Shown: piece by piece, positions 26,401 to 37,085 of the stretch
Numbering within the stretch: the stretch's first letter is position 1
Layout: each line of letters opens with the position of its first letter
The notes under the pieces: model-generated
The model's database searches: none
The model's input: only the letters and a program-made list of their open reading frames with translations
Told to the model about the DNA's origin: nothing
Origin: Lama glama
Taxonomy: Eukaryota
NCBI GenBank assembly: GCA_028534125.1
Contig: CM052816.1
Coordinates: 51,152,001-51,216,000 of the forward strand
Reading direction: 5' to 3'
Length of the DNA stretch: 64,000 nucleotides
Program-made: the position numbers and the translations under genes

Positions 26401-27260
26401 TGTAAACTCTCAAAATTCAACAAAAAGAATATAAAGCATCCAATCAAAAAATGGGCAAAAGATTTGAAAAGACACTTCACCAAAGAAAATATAGGAACAC
26501 CAAACAAGCACGTGAAAAATTACTTTACAGCATCAGTCGTTAAGTACATACAAAATAAAACCACGCTGTGATACTACTAAATGCTAATTGGTATAGCTAA
26601 AATAAATTTTAAAACCGACAATATCCATTGCTGATGAGGATGTGGAGCAACTGGAACGCCCAGAAATTGCTGGTGGGAATGCAAAATGGTTCAGACACTT
26701 TGGAAAATAGTCTGATGTTTTTTCACAAATACTTATCATATGGACTAGTAATCTTACCCGTAAGCATTTAACAAAAAGAATTAAAATTTATGTTAACCAA
26801 AAACCATGTTAATGAATGTTTACAGTAGCAGTATTCTAATCAACAAAAATTAGAAACAATCCAAATGTCCTTCAGCTGGTAAACGAATAAATAAAATGTT
26901 GTGCATTCATACATGGAATACTATTCAGCAACAGAAAGTTACAAATTATTGATATATACAGCAACACAAACTCAAATGCATCGTGCTAAGTGAAAGAAGC
27001 CAGAATTAAAACCCTATAGCATATAAATCCATTTATGACATTCTGAAAAGGAAAACATAGGTACAGAGAACAAGGGTCAGGATAGGAGAAAGGGCTGAGT
27101 AACAGGGGTTGCACCTGGGAATCTTGGGCAGGGGTAAAGGAACTGTTCTATATCTTGATTATAGTGAGAATTACACATCTCTATATATTTGTCAAAACCC
27201 ACAGGACTATCCACATACAAAAAGTAAATTTTACTGTATATAAATTTTAAAAATATAATA
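23488..27260 (+). mobile_element. Ancient L1 (L1MD/MC-like) with 5' UTR, deleted middle, ORF2 relics and 3' UTR, inserted into an older L1 endonuclease fragment (about 23300-23485 and 27280-27390)
   Basis: 5' start cttctggtgccagccaagatggag; ORF2 relics (IIYHDQVEFI, IFFTDDTIINIEN, DKLILKFVWKG); 3' end aattttactgtatataaattttaaaaa. Confidence 0.88.
24861..25302 (-). mobile_element. ERVL solo LTR (MLT2 family) nested in L1
   Basis: Ends tgttttaatcagagttctccagaa and cctagccaagttgacatataaaattaaacatcaca (reverse complement of the MLT2 start TGTGATGGTTAATTTTATGTGTCAACTTGG). Contains an internal (TG)n. Confidence 0.9.
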
Positions 27261-29740
27261 TTCTACTTAACAGCAACAACAAACAGGGAAAGATGAATAA
27301 TTAAAGGGTAGAGAAAAATTTATCAGACAAATGCTACCCAAAAGAAAGCTGGTGTCACTATATTGTATTAGGCAAATTGATTTTTAGGTAACTTGCCTCA
27401 AGGCAAATAGTTTGTAAGGGACAGATTCAGCCTCAATCCACCTCTTTGTTGGTATAAGTTCTATGTTCTTTTCAATACTTAACTCACATTCTAGATATTA
27501 AGAATTAGGAAATGCATTAATTAAAAAGAAAAGTTTGAGACAATCTCTCACAAGCACACAAATGCTACCATGAAATATAATAAATGCAGTTTTCATGTTT
27601 TGAGAAAAATCAGTAAATATTCTGCCAGAAAAAAAATGTTTACTTAGTATTCGTGAAACTATTTTTGTTTCACTTGGAGATTTCTTTCCTTGTTTTCTTT
27701 TCGAAATACTAGCAATCCTCCATTAACCTCACCCAAAATTTCAAAATTCCTACCAGACTTCTTTCTTAAAAGAAATCAGTATTAACATTTAGAATTGAAA
27801 TATCTCTGCAGCTAAGAGAAATGATCAGAGGAACTGGCCTGCTTTAAACTGAAACCTGTGTAGGAAAAACGAGGGGAAAATTAGCTACATAACGTATAGG
27901 CCTGAACTGAATGTGCACATGTCCCTAGAAATATTTAGGGCATGTTGTGCTTCTTAAAGGAAATTTAAGGTAAATGATCATATTAACCATTAAGTAATAC
28001 TTCCACTGACAAAATAAGGATGTTCGATCTTCAGAAAAGTCAATGTGAAAAGTCAAGCAAAACATCAATTAAATAAAGTTTCGAATAAATCTCCAAAACC
28101 CAAGAAACTATTCTAGTGCTGTTCCCTCCTGGGAATCTTTTTCAATTAAAATACAATAACTGTCAGTCCTTAGAATGTTGCAAAATGGTAGAGGAATAGC
28201 CACTTAGACCATGGATTCAGGTTGTGGAATCTCTGCTTTTTGGAGGGAGTTCAAAGTTGGGGTCAAAACTCCAGAAAACATGTAGAAAATATGCATCTTT
28301 ATCCTAGCCTTCTATATTGGTTATTAAATGAAAATCTGGTTTCTTTTTTCTCACTTATATATGATCTAATATTACTTAGAATGTCTACGAATTAAATCTA
28401 GAATTGGGCAGGTGAATTAAATGAAAACCCCAAGGGAAATATACTGCATTACCAGCTGAATCCTCTTAATCAAACTTCCCCAGGCCTAGTCCCTCCCTGC
28501 CACCCAATTTTCCTCATATTTTCACTCCAAAATATGTGAGGGCTTTGCTTTCTCATGGACAAGACACATAACATCATGTAACATCCAGAACCTGGAGAGA
28601 ATATTCATACATTAGGAAATGGACTTTACTTCCTGCTAAACACCAGCCTTTGGCAAGAGTGCTCAGGAAACCCAGACTCAGCTGAGGTCAGTCAACTGAA
28701 CCCCTGAATGTGAACTTGGTGTGGGCACACAAATCATTTTATCTATAGAGACAGACAGACAGACATAAAATAAGGGGCACTTAAGATTCCCAAACCATCA
28801 CCTGGAAAGTCACCGCTATCCTTAGACTGGTTTGGAAAACCGTCCTGGCTGAAAAGGATTTTGGATGGTTAGGTAGATCCTGCCAAATTTGTTGTTTGTG
28901 GGCCAGAAGAAGAGAGGAGGAATTTTCTTCAAGTAACATAGGGAACCAAGTCCAAAGCCAACATTCACAGGAGAAAGCTGAGATTTGTGCATCAGGAAGA
29001 CACCTCTCAAGTACCCAGGTCATGGGACCAGGGAAGGTTAGTACTAGTGTTACACCACAAAGTACTTGAAGCCAAGCAGGAATGAGACAGGAATGAAAGC
29101 AGGCCACATACAAGCAAGGAAGAAGGGACGTCTGGGGTGATTTCCTTAAGCTTCCTTGGTGTGCATGCAGATTGGCAAACTTTATCTAAAGTACAAGCCT
29201 GTTGAGTTAACTTGAAGACAAAGGGAGACACTACTGGCAGCTGGAGAAACTTAAAGATCCTTAGTTTCCAAAGTTAACTGGCTACATTTTCTGATTCTAA
29301 AGAAGCTCCAGAAAATACCCAGAGGGCCAAAAGTCTGTCTCTTATGAAGTGCCAGGATGGAAAGCTCAATTCAAACACCCTGCTCACCTTCCTTCTGGGC
29401 CATACCGTTAGTTGTTAGAAGTTGCCTCAGTTTGACAGAATGAACTGTCATATTCAAGGCTGTGGAATCTAAGAACTATTTTTATTCAATCGCTGCACAA
29501 AATAACTTTAGCAGATGCAAAGGTAAGCCTGGCCACACTGATCTCAGTTAAGACCAAAAGGATTTTTTTCTGAGCAATCTGCTGGAAACAATATGGACTT
29601 ATATATTCCTGATTCACCTCCTGCAAAAGATAGACCTGACATATCTAAAATTCCTCTTGTCAAGGAACAAAGCAATGTTAGTTGTCTAGCTTTAACTTGA
29701 CAGTCTTTTGAATTATATCTAGGCAATATGTCCTCTAGCT

Positions 29741-30002
29741 CAGACGTTTTCAAACATTTTAAAGCAGCAGAACATTTTTTGCAAATAAAACCTTACAAGG
29801 AACCAAAAAAACAGAAGAAAGTGTAGCTGCTTTGACTGAAGTAAGGTGCAGGGCACATTTCAGCCATCTAACTTACTTGGTCTCTCCCAAATATGTCACT
29901 TTGTCCCCCTCACACCTCGTATATAACCTAACACACATAAAATAGTCCCAAGATAACCCCACTCACACACTGGGCTTCCCTGAACCCAGTGTGAAACCCA
30001 AA
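29741..30002. mobile_element. Possible degenerate hAT-Charlie-type element
   Basis: cagacgttttcaaacatttt at the start and gaacccagtgtgaaaccca at the end resemble Charlie-family termini. Confidence 0.4.
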
Positions 30003-30576
30003 TTAGTTGACACAATAATTTTAGGAGATCACAGCACACGAAATGATAATGATTTGCTTTAAGTTTCATCAGTAGAAGACCTGTTTGGAGAAGACAGTTT
30101 CCATATGGTCCACACCTACAGGGACAGCCACTTTGATCAAAGGGGAAAACAACAGCCAAACTTGTGTAAAATTACAACTTAAATCTCCCAAATCAAAGTC
30201 CAAGGGGAAATATCACTTACATATTCGAGACCAATACAATTGATCATTTAGCCTTTCCTGGTGGTGACACATGCCTGTGAAGAAATTCAAATAAAATGTG
30301 GAAAATAATTGCAACTTGCTGATTATTTCTATGTAGGAAATAGGAGGATCAAAAGTGATCATATTACAGGACTCTTAAACATATTTTCTCCTTTAAAGGC
30401 TGTTTGCAATTGATTTGATTGCATGACCACTTTCAAACCAAGGTGGAGGAGGATGGCTTTAGGAAACTTTAAACAGGTTACATAAGCAAACTTTCGAGGT
30501 CTAAGGCATTGACTGGCTGGCTGTCCTCTGGTGGAGTTCCCCGCTGGCTGTGTATCAATAAGTATAAGTCTGAAAA

Positions 30577-31456
30577 GAGTTTAGCAACACTAAACCCATG
30601 CTAAAAGAAATATTGGCAGGTCTACTCTAAATAGAAAAGAAGCAGGATGCTACAAAAACGAGAAACTCATACGTGGAAAGGTGATAACTACCATGAATTA
30701 CAAATAGAATAAACACAAAATTGTAAAAGAAGACATCTAAATCATTAAGAGTGGGAGAGGGAAGCAAGGAAAGCCACTGTGGGAAACAGTTTGGAGGTTC
30801 CTCAAAAGACTAGGACTAGACTTACCATATGACCCAGGAATCCTGCTCCTGGGCATATATCCAGAAGGAACCCTACATCAGGATGACACCTGCACCCCAA
30901 TGTTCATAGCAGCACTATATACAATAGCCAAGACATGGAAACAGCCTAAATGCCCATCAACAGATGACTGGATAAAGAAGAAGTGGTATATTTATACAAT
31001 GGAATATTATTCAGCCACAAAAACTGACAACATAACACCATTTGCAGCAACATGGATGTTTCTGGAGAATGTCATTCTAAGTGAAGTAAGCCAGAAAGAG
31101 AAAGAAAAATATCATATGAGATCACTCATATGTGGAATCTTAAAAAAAATAGTAAATACAGAACAGAAACAGACTCATAGACAGAATACAAACTTGTGGT
31201 TGCCAAGGAGGCAGGGGGTTGGAAGGGACAGACTGGGATTTTAAAATGTAGAGTAGATAAACAAGATTATCCTGTATAGCACAAGGAAATATATACAAGA
31301 TCTTGTGGTAGCTCACAGCAGAAAAAAAAATATGACAAGGAATATATGTATATATATGTTCATGTATAATTGAAAAATTGTGCTCTACACTAGAATTTGA
31401 CACAACATTGTAAAATGACTATTACTTGATAACAAATGTTAAAAATAATAAAATAA
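30577..31456 (+). mobile_element. Young L1 insertion: ORF1 C-terminus and spacer fused to the ORF2 3' end and 3' UTR, with a 20-bp target-site duplication
   Basis: KEFSNTKPMLKEILAGLL* ends at 30630; junction at 30773/30774; ORF2 C-terminal peptide MFIAALYTIAKTWKQPKCPS; A-rich tail. Flanks aataagtataagtctgaaaa (30557-30576) and aataagtacaagtctgaaaa (31457-31476). Confidence 0.93.
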
Positions 31457-32765
31457 AATAAGTACAAGTCTGAAAAATCTGCCTGAACTACCATGTGAGG
31501 GTGTAAGGGACAGGGCACTGCATTCTTGGCTATTAAAGACTATTTGAATACGGCTGGGGGTGTGGATGGGGGTGGGATGGAGAGACAGCCTGGTAGAAAG
31601 GAGCATACTAAGTAGAGGAAGCTACTTAGACATGTATTCAATTTAACTCCTTTCACCAGCAAGTGGTTTAAAAATTTGACTACAATTATCTATACTATTT
31701 AATTCTATTTTTCAAATAGTATATGAACTTTGGTTTGGGAACAGAACATCGTTAACCTTTCTGTAAAAAGGGAAGTGACATGATCAGATCTGTGTTCTAT
31801 ATCACATTCTATCTCACAGCCTCCACGTATATTACCATTTTCTCTTCTGCATATAACACAAGTTTTTCTAGTCAGGTAAAATACACTGCCTTCCTCTGGT
31901 TCCATCACAATTACTAGTGCAGTGCTGGTGACACTGCAATGATTTAATGAAACAGTTACGTTTTTACTGCACAAACAGTGCAAAATTCCTAGAGATATTT
32001 TGCCCATAAACCAAAGAACATTTCTTTTATTTTTTAATTTAGCTAGCCTTGTTGGCTATTCAATATAACTGAACAAATTATACCTGAATTGTGTTTCTTT
32101 ACCCTTTAATGCTACTAGGAAAGAAGTCTTAATATCTAGTTCACTTCCTTATATGTAGCAATTTAAAAAAAAATTTATTCCCAGTATTGCTTCTTTAAAA
32201 AGTTTTTAAAGCAACTCTAATTTGGATATGCTAAGATATTTCTATATCTCAATGGGAAGCTGCAGGTTTAGCCACAGGCCTGATAACAACTACAGACCAT
32301 GGAGTGCAACTGCTCACAGCATGGCTCGGGGGGAGCACTGTGGGGATGGGCTCTCACAGGCCCAGAGGGGCTACTCTTGCAGCCTTGGGACATCCGTCCT
32401 AAGATCTGCCAACCCCAGCATGCGAAAAAGCAGCACGTCGAAATGGCCATCTAAAGCTGAAGGTCTCTCCTGAGGAAGGAGATTTGGTACCAGAATTTTT
32501 GGAATGCTCTTTGAAGGAGAACTACAAAACTCTATCTAGCTAACTGAGTGAATATGAACCCCTAAGTACTCTATACCAGCTTCCTTCTCAATAAACTATC
32601 AGTTGGAGCCTGTGAATATATTGTTGTAGGAAACTTGAAGCTCCACAACTACTCTACTGACCACTGCAGTGCTGTATTTTATACAAAACAGGAATTAGGC
32701 CCACTGCTTTTTTTCCTTTTCAAAGTATTTATGGATTAATGATAATAATAGCTCACACTGTCAGC

Positions 32766-33284
32766 TGTAGTAGGAAAGAACAAATCTGACTTCACATCAG
32801 ATCTGTTCCTTTAGCTCTAACCCTGTGTTCTGTTTCCTGTGCTTAGTCATACTGATCCTGCACCTTTTGTAAAAGAATGTTGCCTATAGTCTGAAATAGA
32901 TAGGATAGCCCATTCTCAAGCTCTGACCTTTAAGGATATAATACTTTTCCATTCATATAGAGATAAAAAATTTCAGAACAGACAGTAACATTTGTCTTGT
33001 TGGAGGTTTACAGGAACTTCGTGAACTGACCTGAGTGGACAGCTGCAAGAACAAAGGATTTTGACATCAAGAAGTTTGCAACAATGAACAACACCCCCTC
33101 CCCTTTTAATGTAAAAGGAGCCTGAATTCCGACTTAGGTAAAAATGGTTCTCCAGGACATTAGTTTGCCATCTTCTTGGTCTGCTAGCTTTCCAAATAAA
33201 GTCGTTATTCTTTGCCCAAACACCTCGTAACCCGATTTATTGGCCTGTCGTGCAGCAAGCAGAACGAATTTGGACTTGGTAACG
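32766..33284 (+). mobile_element. ERV1-class solo LTR, probably MER41-like, inserted in a MIR
   Basis: TG...CG (degenerate CA) termini, near-TSD cagc/caac, AATAAA at about 33195 and end motif gaatttggacttggtaac. MIR sequence continues on both sides. Family assigned from memory. Confidence 0.8.
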
Positions 33285-33530
33285 CAACTATGTGCCAAGC
33301 ATTATATTCGGCACATCACATGCATTAACTCACATAATTCTCACAACAACCCAGTGGGGTAGTCCTTACAATAGTCCCAACATAGAAATAATTTCCCTTT
33401 TGAAAAAGAGAAAGGTGAAATGTCAAATAAATTGTCCTCGGTCACACTGTTAGTAAGTAGAACTTGAAAAAGAACCCAAATGTTTCTAACTTCAGAGCCA
33501 AAATCCCATCCGTTGTAAAAACCACCCTTG
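33285..33530 (-). mobile_element. MIR (its tail lies at about 32742-32765, split by the LTR)
   Basis: ctatgtgccaagcatt...attctcacaacaaccc...ggtcacactgttagtaagt. Confidence 0.75.
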
Positions 33531-33548
33531 GGTCTAGCCATATAATAC

Positions 33549-34100
33549 TGTATCAGTCAAGGCTCAGCTGCAAAAACCAGAATCTCCTCTGTCTAGTTGA
33601 AGCCCTCGCTGGGAGGGCTGAATAAACAAATTCTAGGTGACTCTCCAGGAACAACTCCTAAAGACAACCTGGAGAACTGGACATCATGCAACATAATGCT
33701 TCTTTTCAGATCGGGTGTCTGACATTCTGGAATCACACCCTCACCCCCACGATCAGAAACTTGCCTCTACTGCAGCCACCTCCAGGGCCACGCCACACAT
33801 GCTGCAATTCACACCAGCAAAACAGTCACCCCCATCTGCTGCCTCTTGACACACTCAAAGCTAGTGACTGGACACTGGAGACACCCAGACAACCTTCATG
33901 ACCCACAGTGCTTCTGACAAGATACAGCCCCCAACACTTCTGCCTTCCAAATTCTGCACAAATGCAACCAATATGATGAACCTTAATCAAATTCAGATCC
34001 CTCTTCAAGAGGGAGATGGAGAATTGTATTTTAACTTTCCAGTGTTACAGTACAGGAAGGGAATAAGAGGAGGAGGGTGGAATAAAGGCTGCATTATAAT
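33549..34100 (-). mobile_element. Old MaLR (MLT1) LTR remnant
   Basis: tgtatcagtcaaggctcagctgcaaaaaccagaa is a typical antisense MLT1 terminus; the remainder is degenerate. Confidence 0.5.
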
Positions 34101-34149
34101 CCTTTACTGCCACTACGAATTCCAAAGATTTGGATGTCCTCTTTATTAG

Positions 34150-34245
34150 GGCTGCAAATTTTTGTGTGTATAGAAAAAGGTTTCAGATTTTTCATCAGAT
34201 TCTCAAAGCGGTCTCCATGACCCAAAAATAGATCAGATCTACTTT
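34150..34245. mobile_element. MER103-like hAT fragment
   Basis: tttcatcagattctcaaagcggtctccatgacccaaaaa. Confidence 0.6.
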
Positions 34246-34304
34246 AACACATCTTTAACATGATAATATCTGGAGAATAAAATAAACATTGTGGGAGGGG
34301 CTTA

Positions 34305-34548
34305 AACAGTGGTTAAGGATAGAGCTCTCAAATTCATGAGTTCAAATTCTGCTTCTGTCACTTAATAAATGTTTGAGCTTTAGCATGTTATCTGATGTCC
34401 TTGTGCCTCAATTTCTCCTTCTCTAAAATGTGGAGAATAGATCAACCTAATATGGGTGTTCAGAAGATTAAGTGAAATAATATATGTAAAGTATTTAGAT
34501 GAATACCTGGCACTTGGGAAATGCTCCCTAAGTGTTAGCTATTGTTAC
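34305..34548 (+). mobile_element. MIR SINE, near full length
   Basis: cagtggttaagg...gagttcaaattctgcttctgtcactta...gtgcctcaatttctcc...aagtgttagctattgtt. Confidence 0.85.
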
Positions 34549-35389
34549 TGAAAAACCTATAACAAGATAAATTTTAATCTTAGAAGCTTACATAATAGAA
34601 TTGCATTCATGCTTCACACTTTTATATTCATTTCCAATTTCACAGAGCTTTCAGAAGTGAGTGCTTGATTTTCGGTGACAGCAAACAGAAAGACAAGCAG
34701 CTGTCTACATGGTGATGACCTGGTTCTACTTAAAGAATACATTCATCTCGCAGCCAATTGCTGCCAGGAGGTACAGCTCAAGCACAACTGTGCCAAAACC
34801 AAATTTGTCAGTTTTAGAAGATGTTCTTCAGAACCTAAACAGATAGTATTTTGAAAGTATTCAAAATGCTAACTCTTATTGTTTCGAGGGAGGTCAGTTA
34901 ATAGTTACCTCATCCTGGCAGGTCTGCTCTGGTACAATTTTACTCAAATATTCCACATGAGTCTTGTTATCTGGGTGAGGTGGATGACTGATAAGTCCAG
35001 CCCACAAAAATCTTGCCATCCAAGAGCCTACCTTCCATGCTTAAAGGAGCAGGTTTTACGTGCTTCCATGGATTCTGCTCAATCATTTGTGCAAATCTAA
35101 TAAAGCTGACAAAGAAATGCCTCAGCCCTGCTAGCAAGTAACCCCGTAAGTGCCTCTGGACAACAGAAACAATGTTCAGTCTTGGCAAGAATGCAAATCA
35201 GACCCTTTAATTCTCACTATACACTGACTTGCTCAGTGTCTAAAATATATATGCCTATCAACTGCAAGAAAAACCTACATTTGGTTCATCAGTAACTCTG
35301 GTGTTTGATGGTTTGATACATGGCTGGGATCAGAAGCCTGGTTGACATGAGATTGTAACACATTAAGAAGAACAATTTTGGCCAGTCCT

Positions 35390-35965
35390 AGCCAGCACTT
35401 AGGGAAAGGAATCTCGAATATACTGCTGGTAGGAGGAGTTAGTATACCTTTTCTGAGACTGGCATGGGAATAGCTAACAAAACCTTTAAGAGTGAATACT
35501 TATTGACTCACCAGTTCTACTTCTAAGAATTCATTCCAAAGAAATAATCCAACAATTGCATAAACTGTATGTGTAAGGATGTCCACTTAGGAACTGTTTA
35601 TAATACAAACAATTGGAAAAGAACTCAATGTTCACAACATAAAATTGGTTAAAACAATTATGGCATGACCTTAGAATGGAATTCTATGCAGTTATCAAAA
35701 GGAGAATTTAGCTGTATTTAAATATTGGCATGAAAAAATGTCTATGATGTAAATTTCAAAAACCGGGTACACATTAGGATCTAATTTGTGTTTGTATATA
35801 TTTACATATAATATATACATATATATGTATACATATAATTATATGAAAAAATATACATAATGTTTCTGGAAAGCTATGCACTGGAAAGTTAACAGTGGTA
35901 AATTATAATGTTTGAGATTATGGATAATTTTTATTTTTTCTTTATGCTATTCCATACTTTATTAA
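35390..35965 (+). mobile_element. Old L1ME-like 3' fragment
   Basis: Degenerate ORF2 end and 3' UTR (ttctacttctaagaattcattccaaagaaataatc); resumes after 37090. Confidence 0.65.
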
Positions 35966-35967
35966 AC

Positions 35968-36437
35968 TTTTTTTTTTAATGTAAGTATAGCCAGTTTACA
36001 ATGTTGTATTAATTTCTGGTGTACAGCATAATGTTTCAGTCATATGTATACATACATATTTTCATATTCTCTTTCATTACAGGTTACTGTCAGATATTGA
36101 ATATAGTTCCTGTGTTATACAGTATAACTTGTTGTTTATCTATTTTATATATAGTAGTTAGTCTCTGCAAATCTCAAACTCCCAATTTATCCCTTCCCAC
36201 CCCTTTCCCCTTGGTAACCACAAGTTTATTTTCTATGTCTGTGAATCTGTTTTTGTTCTGTAAGTAAGTTCATTTGTGTCTTTTTTTTTTAGATTGCACA
36301 TAAAAGTGATATATGGTATTTTTATTTCTCTTTCTGACTTATTTCACTTAGCAGATTATCTCCAGGTCCATCCATGTTGCAGTAAATGGCATTATTTTAT
36401 TTCTTTTTGTGGCTGAGTAGTATTCCACTGTGTGTTT

Positions 36438-36501
<64 letters not shown>

Positions 36502-37085
36502 GTATGTGTGTATATATATATACACATATATACACACACACATCTACAGACACCATATCTCCTTTATCCAGTCATTTGTCAATGGATATTTAGGTTGTTT
36601 CCATGTCCTGGCTATTGTAAATAGTGCTGCTGTGAACACTGGGGTGCACGTGTCTTTTCAAATTAGAGCTTCCTCTGGATATATGCCCAGGAGTGGGATT
36701 GCTAGATCATACGGTAAGTTTGTTTTTAGTTTTTTAAGGAACCTCCATACTGTCCTCCATAGTGGCTGCACCAATTTACATTCCCACGAACAGTGTAGGA
36801 GGGTTCCTTTTTCTCCACACCCTCTCCAGCATTTATTATTTGTAGACTTTTTAATGATGACCATTCTGACTGGTGTGAGGTGATACCTCATTATAGTTTT
36901 GATTTGCATTTCTCTAATAACTAGCAATGTTGAGCATATTTTCATGTGCCTGTTGGCCATCTGGATGTCTTCTTTGAAGAAATGTCTGTTTAGGTCTTTT
37001 GCCCATTATTTGATTGGGTTGCTTGTTTTTTTGTTTTTTGGGTTTTTTTTTGATATTAAGCTGTATGAGCTGTTTGTATATTTAA
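35968..37085 (-). mobile_element. L1 3' portion (about 1.1 kb, ORF2 C-terminus plus 3' UTR)
   Basis: ORF 36658-36960 (-) encodes [10 protein letters not shown]...[25 protein letters not shown], the ORF2 cysteine-rich domain. Poly-T at 35968; degenerate TSD attccatactttattaaact / attctgtattttattaaaat. Confidence 0.95.
36429..36542. repeat. Compound (TG)n(TA)n(CA)n microsatellite inside L1
   Basis: Read directly. Confidence 0.95.

Noticed and set aside
32222..32480. GC-richer patch as a processed pseudogene or extra exon
   Set aside because: No recognisable translation in the frames I checked, and no poly(A)/TSD or convincing splice pair.
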